The translations under genes were made by a program, and so were the position numbers. A DNA stretch of 64,000 bases, taken from NCBI GenBank assembly GCA_002269645.1, contig NIVC01002374.1, positions 1-64,000 on the forward strand, in the 5' to 3' direction. The notes below the pieces were generated by a model that saw nothing but the letters and a program-made list of their open reading frames with translations, was not told the origin of the DNA and searched no databases. This document shows positions 60,888-64,000 of this stretch, in pieces. The first letter of the stretch is position 1. Each line of letters starts with the position of its first letter. Origin of the DNA: Macrostomum lignano (lineage: Eukaryota).

Positions 60888-61270
60888 CGGGGTATTGTCA
60901 ACAGGTAAGGCAGGGTATTGTTACCAGGTAAGGCGGGGTATTGTCACCAGATAGGACGATGTGTTGTCACCGGGTAAGACAGGGTATTTTCACTAGGTAG
61001 GACGGGGTATTGTCACCAGGTATAACGGGATATTGTCACCAGGTTGGTGGGGTATTGTCACCATGTTGGTGGGGTATTGTCACCATGTTGATGGGGTATT
61101 GTCACCATGTTGGTGGGGTATTGTCACCAGGTTAGTGGGGTATTGTCACCAGGTTGGTGGGATATTGTCACCAGGTTGGTGGGGTATTGTCACCAGGTTG
61201 GTGGGGTATTGTCACCAGGTTGGTGGGGTATTGTCACCAGGTTGGTGGGGTATTGTCACCAGGTAGTGGG
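60888..61270. repeat. 22-bp minisatellite (GGTGGGGTATTGTCACCAGGTT)
   Basis: Tandem units. Confidence 0.9.
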
Positions 61271-61542
61271 GGGCATTTTTCGAGAAAGACACGTTGGGAA
61301 TTCAAAGAGAACAGAGATCGGAGTTGAAGAATGAACGAACAGTAAGATTGAGAATTTCAATCCATACACAGAAGCGCGCATTGAGCAGTACACAGAGGAC
61401 AAAGGATAAAGACTATGTAGATTAGATTCGCGCAAGGAATGACAAGGACCCACTGTCGCACAGGTAGCAACCAATTTTGGTATGTGTATAAAGACACCAG
61501 AGCACGCTTGGCGAGGTCGAACAAATGCCTGACTGGAATAGC

Positions 61543-64000
61543 TTAAGAGATGCAGCTGGAGTATTGGCTAATCTCAACCAGACGCTGCTGCTGCCAAGCT
61601 GCCGTATCAGCTACCGCGCTGGTTAGATTTGGGCAATGCCAGCAGGTCGGTGGAGAGGCTAGCTGTTGCTGTTGCTGTTGCTGCTGCTGTTGAAGCAGGT
61701 GGTGATACTGCTGCACATCGGAGGCCCAGGTGACCAGGAGCCAGGCCACGAGAGGCGCTGTGTCCGCAGCGCTGGCGCCGCTCAAACGGGCCAACCGAGG
61801 ACACCAGGAGACGCTGGCGGCGGATGCTGCGCCGGCGGCTTCGGCGGCGACGGAGGACGAAGCCAATAAGGACACCGGGGTAGCGGCGGCGGCGGCGGAG
61901 GCGGCTGCGGCTGCTGCAGCTGCGGCTGACATGGCGGCGGTGAGGGCAGCGAGCCCTAGCAAGCTGGGCGGGTAGAGCCGCAGCAGGTCCAGTCTAAGCA
62001 GCAGTCTGTCCAAGAACACGTCCAGCCAACCGGCCACCTGCTGCTGCAGCTCCTTGCCAAAGTCCCCAGCCGCGATGAGGCTGTGATAAAACTGGGCGAA
62101 TTCCGCTTCAGTCGGGTAGCCGAGGTCGCCGTCAAAGTGGCCAACCAAGCGGCACTCGAGCTCCAGGAGGCTGGGCGATGGGGCAGGCGGCAGGAGTTGA
62201 CGGATGAGGCGGCTCAGCCGGCCCGAGACGGCCTCCTGGGGAAGGAGGGGTTCGGCTTAGTCAGTTAGTAAACAATTTTGTATGGATGGGGCTTCGAGTA
62301 CTACTACTGGAAATCTTTGGACAACCTTACGCATACACAAGCTCACACAGGGTGTACATCGTCCGAGGTGGATCCCCGGGTACTCGGGCCAACCCGGCAA
62401 CGAGTTGGCCGATTGCTCGACCGGTTATTTTACTGGTCCCCTGCCCGTGGATTCACCCCCACCCGACGTTGTCACCACTCGGATCAACCAGTGGGTGGCT
62501 TCTATAAGCACAGGGAGAGGTGGGCTAACGCCCCCGACTGCCTGCAATCCCGCGCGGCTGTCGTCTGTTCTTCCTCCGCCCTCCGCAGGGCCCTGCTTAG
62601 ACTCAACCGCAGGAACATCAGGGCAGTGACATCGGCACCTCCAGGGAAAAATCCGTAGCGAGGAACGCCCATTCTGCCTCTCAGGTGTCGAGAATGCGAA
62701 GCACTTCATCTGTGAATGCCCCGCCTTTACTCAGGACAAGCTCCCCTGCATCGGCTCAAACCAGCTAAGTCAAGTACATCGTCCAAGATTTTTCAAAGCC
62801 AAAACAGTCCAAAATAGATTTGTTTCTAATAATCAATCTTTTGTAGCCTTCGGTCAGCTGTCGCTTTAAAATTTGCGGTAGTTGCTCCCAACCCCGGTCG
62901 AGACTTAACAAACTAACAGACAATGGCTTCAATGAGTCCGTGAATATCTTGACGTAAACGCGGAACTCATAGCAAAGATTCGCATAAAAATTTATGACAA
63001 ACTGTTTTGTAGCCAAAATCATTGGTGGCAACAGTAGCTTGGAATTACTACTATAAATAGTAACGGAAGCTTAAAGACCTCTTAGTAATCGCACCGGAGG
63101 CTGATACGACGTTTTACGCTCAGCTTGTCATAGCAGCCCTAGTGTTAACACGTAAGATGGTCTTTGTGACTGTCTGGGTGGTGCACATGACCTGAAGGGT
63201 TCTTTGTGTGACCTTGGCGGCCTGGGCTGACGAAGTTGGGCTATGGGCGTCTTAGTGACCTATTTACATGTACGGGAGCGATACCAAGCGTTGAGCTTAG
63301 CAGTTACGATACCCAAAATCCAGAAAGGCTTCCATCGCCCATAGAGGCCCTTAATTTCCGCCGTGGATAGCCCATCAGAGCTTTAAGCTCCTGGAGGACC
63401 CATCACACTACTCAGCGGCCAGAGCCCAATCTTAGGGCTGATCGGCGCTGGCAACAGCTGGCACCCGGATTAACAGCAGCAACAATCCATACAGATAGAG
63501 AAAACAATAAATCTCATGCAAAATCAACCCAGACCTGTTCGTGCAGCTTGGCAGCCAGGGACAGGCAGGCAGCAGCCAGCGGCAGAGGAGACGCAGCAGG
63601 TACCCATTCGGCAGCAACTCGGCCGAGGCATTCGGCAATTAGGTAGCGATCGAATAAGCTGGCGGCCAGGTGCAAAGTTGCTCGACTGAGGCTCAGCTGT
63701 CTGGCTGCCGCGGCCAGCCAGGCGATGGCGCCGCGACGATTGGCGCCAGTTAAAAGGCGCTGGCTGGCCGCGCTGCCTGGTGACGAGTCGTCGAACGGCT
63801 GCTTGGCCGCCCTGTGCAGCAGGTGGCTGTGGTACGCCAACGAGTCATCCGTCCAGGCGGCTTCAATGAGTTCGTCTGCTAACTGGACTGCGGCTGGCTC
63901 GATGGGAAGGAGCCGCTCGCCGGTGAGCCTGCTGCAGGCCGGAGTCGATCTGAGCAAGTTATGAGTTAGCAACTGATCAGCAGCTGCGGTATCATGGCTA
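61543..64000 (-). CDS. Cyclin-box protein, 5'-partial
   Basis: Exon open from the window edge to 63535, then 62235-61543 (phase 0). Cyclin N-box pattern RRGAIAWL...[13 protein letters not shown]...[13 protein letters not shown]; [17 protein letters not shown]; poly-Ala and poly-Gln tracts. Subfamily not assignable. Confidence 0.85.
62280..62765 (+). mobile_element. Degenerate non-LTR retrotransposon 3' fragment (RNase H end + Cys/His motif; I/Loa-like)
   Basis: [15 protein letters not shown] matches the WxPGHxGxxGNExAD RNase H motif; downstream [13 protein letters not shown] and [10 protein letters not shown] in shifted frames; antisense in the cyclin intron. Confidence 0.75.

Noticed and set aside
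59843-60931. Short ORFs (59886-60161, 59922-60176, 60722-60931) as exons
   Set aside because: AT-rich codon use unlike the verified exons; the apparent donor at ~60904 is a degenerate unit of the 22-bp repeat.
63060-63430. Additional LINE reverse-transcriptase fragment in the cyclin intron
   Set aside because: GC-elevated, but stops in the frames I examined and no clear RT motif; needs BLASTX.

Overview
Eukaryotic (metazoan) genomic DNA with GC-rich exons and introns filled by minisatellites. The style resembles a free-living flatworm such as Macrostomum, but this is inference only. Gene models built by hand from GT-AG junctions with consistent phase: (1) a 4-exon minus-strand low-complexity/coiled-coil gene (2353-8811); (2) a complete 9-exon eIF3c (15141-27498); (3) a 2-exon atypical rhodopsin-class GPCR (minus, 28669-30692); (4) a 4-exon orphan with two C-terminal TM helices (32687-35506); (5) a tektin-3/5-like gene whose 3' half is lost at a 356-N gap; (6) a 60-aa single-TM ORF just upstream of (7) Ykt6 (46905-48344); (8) an SLC5 sodium:solute symporter (51919-58926) with two possible C-termini; (9) a 5'-partial cyclin-box gene (minus). 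Mobile DNA: a decayed full-length DD34D mariner, two tRNA-derived SINE families (one CORE-like), several MITEs (two with 8-bp TSDs) and a LINE RNase H fragment. No CRISPR, rRNA or true tRNA gene was found. I found no single proven novel system. The best leads are the intron-private minisatellites that abut or grow out of splice sites, the microprotein-Ykt6 dicistron candidate, and the alternative SLC5 tail.
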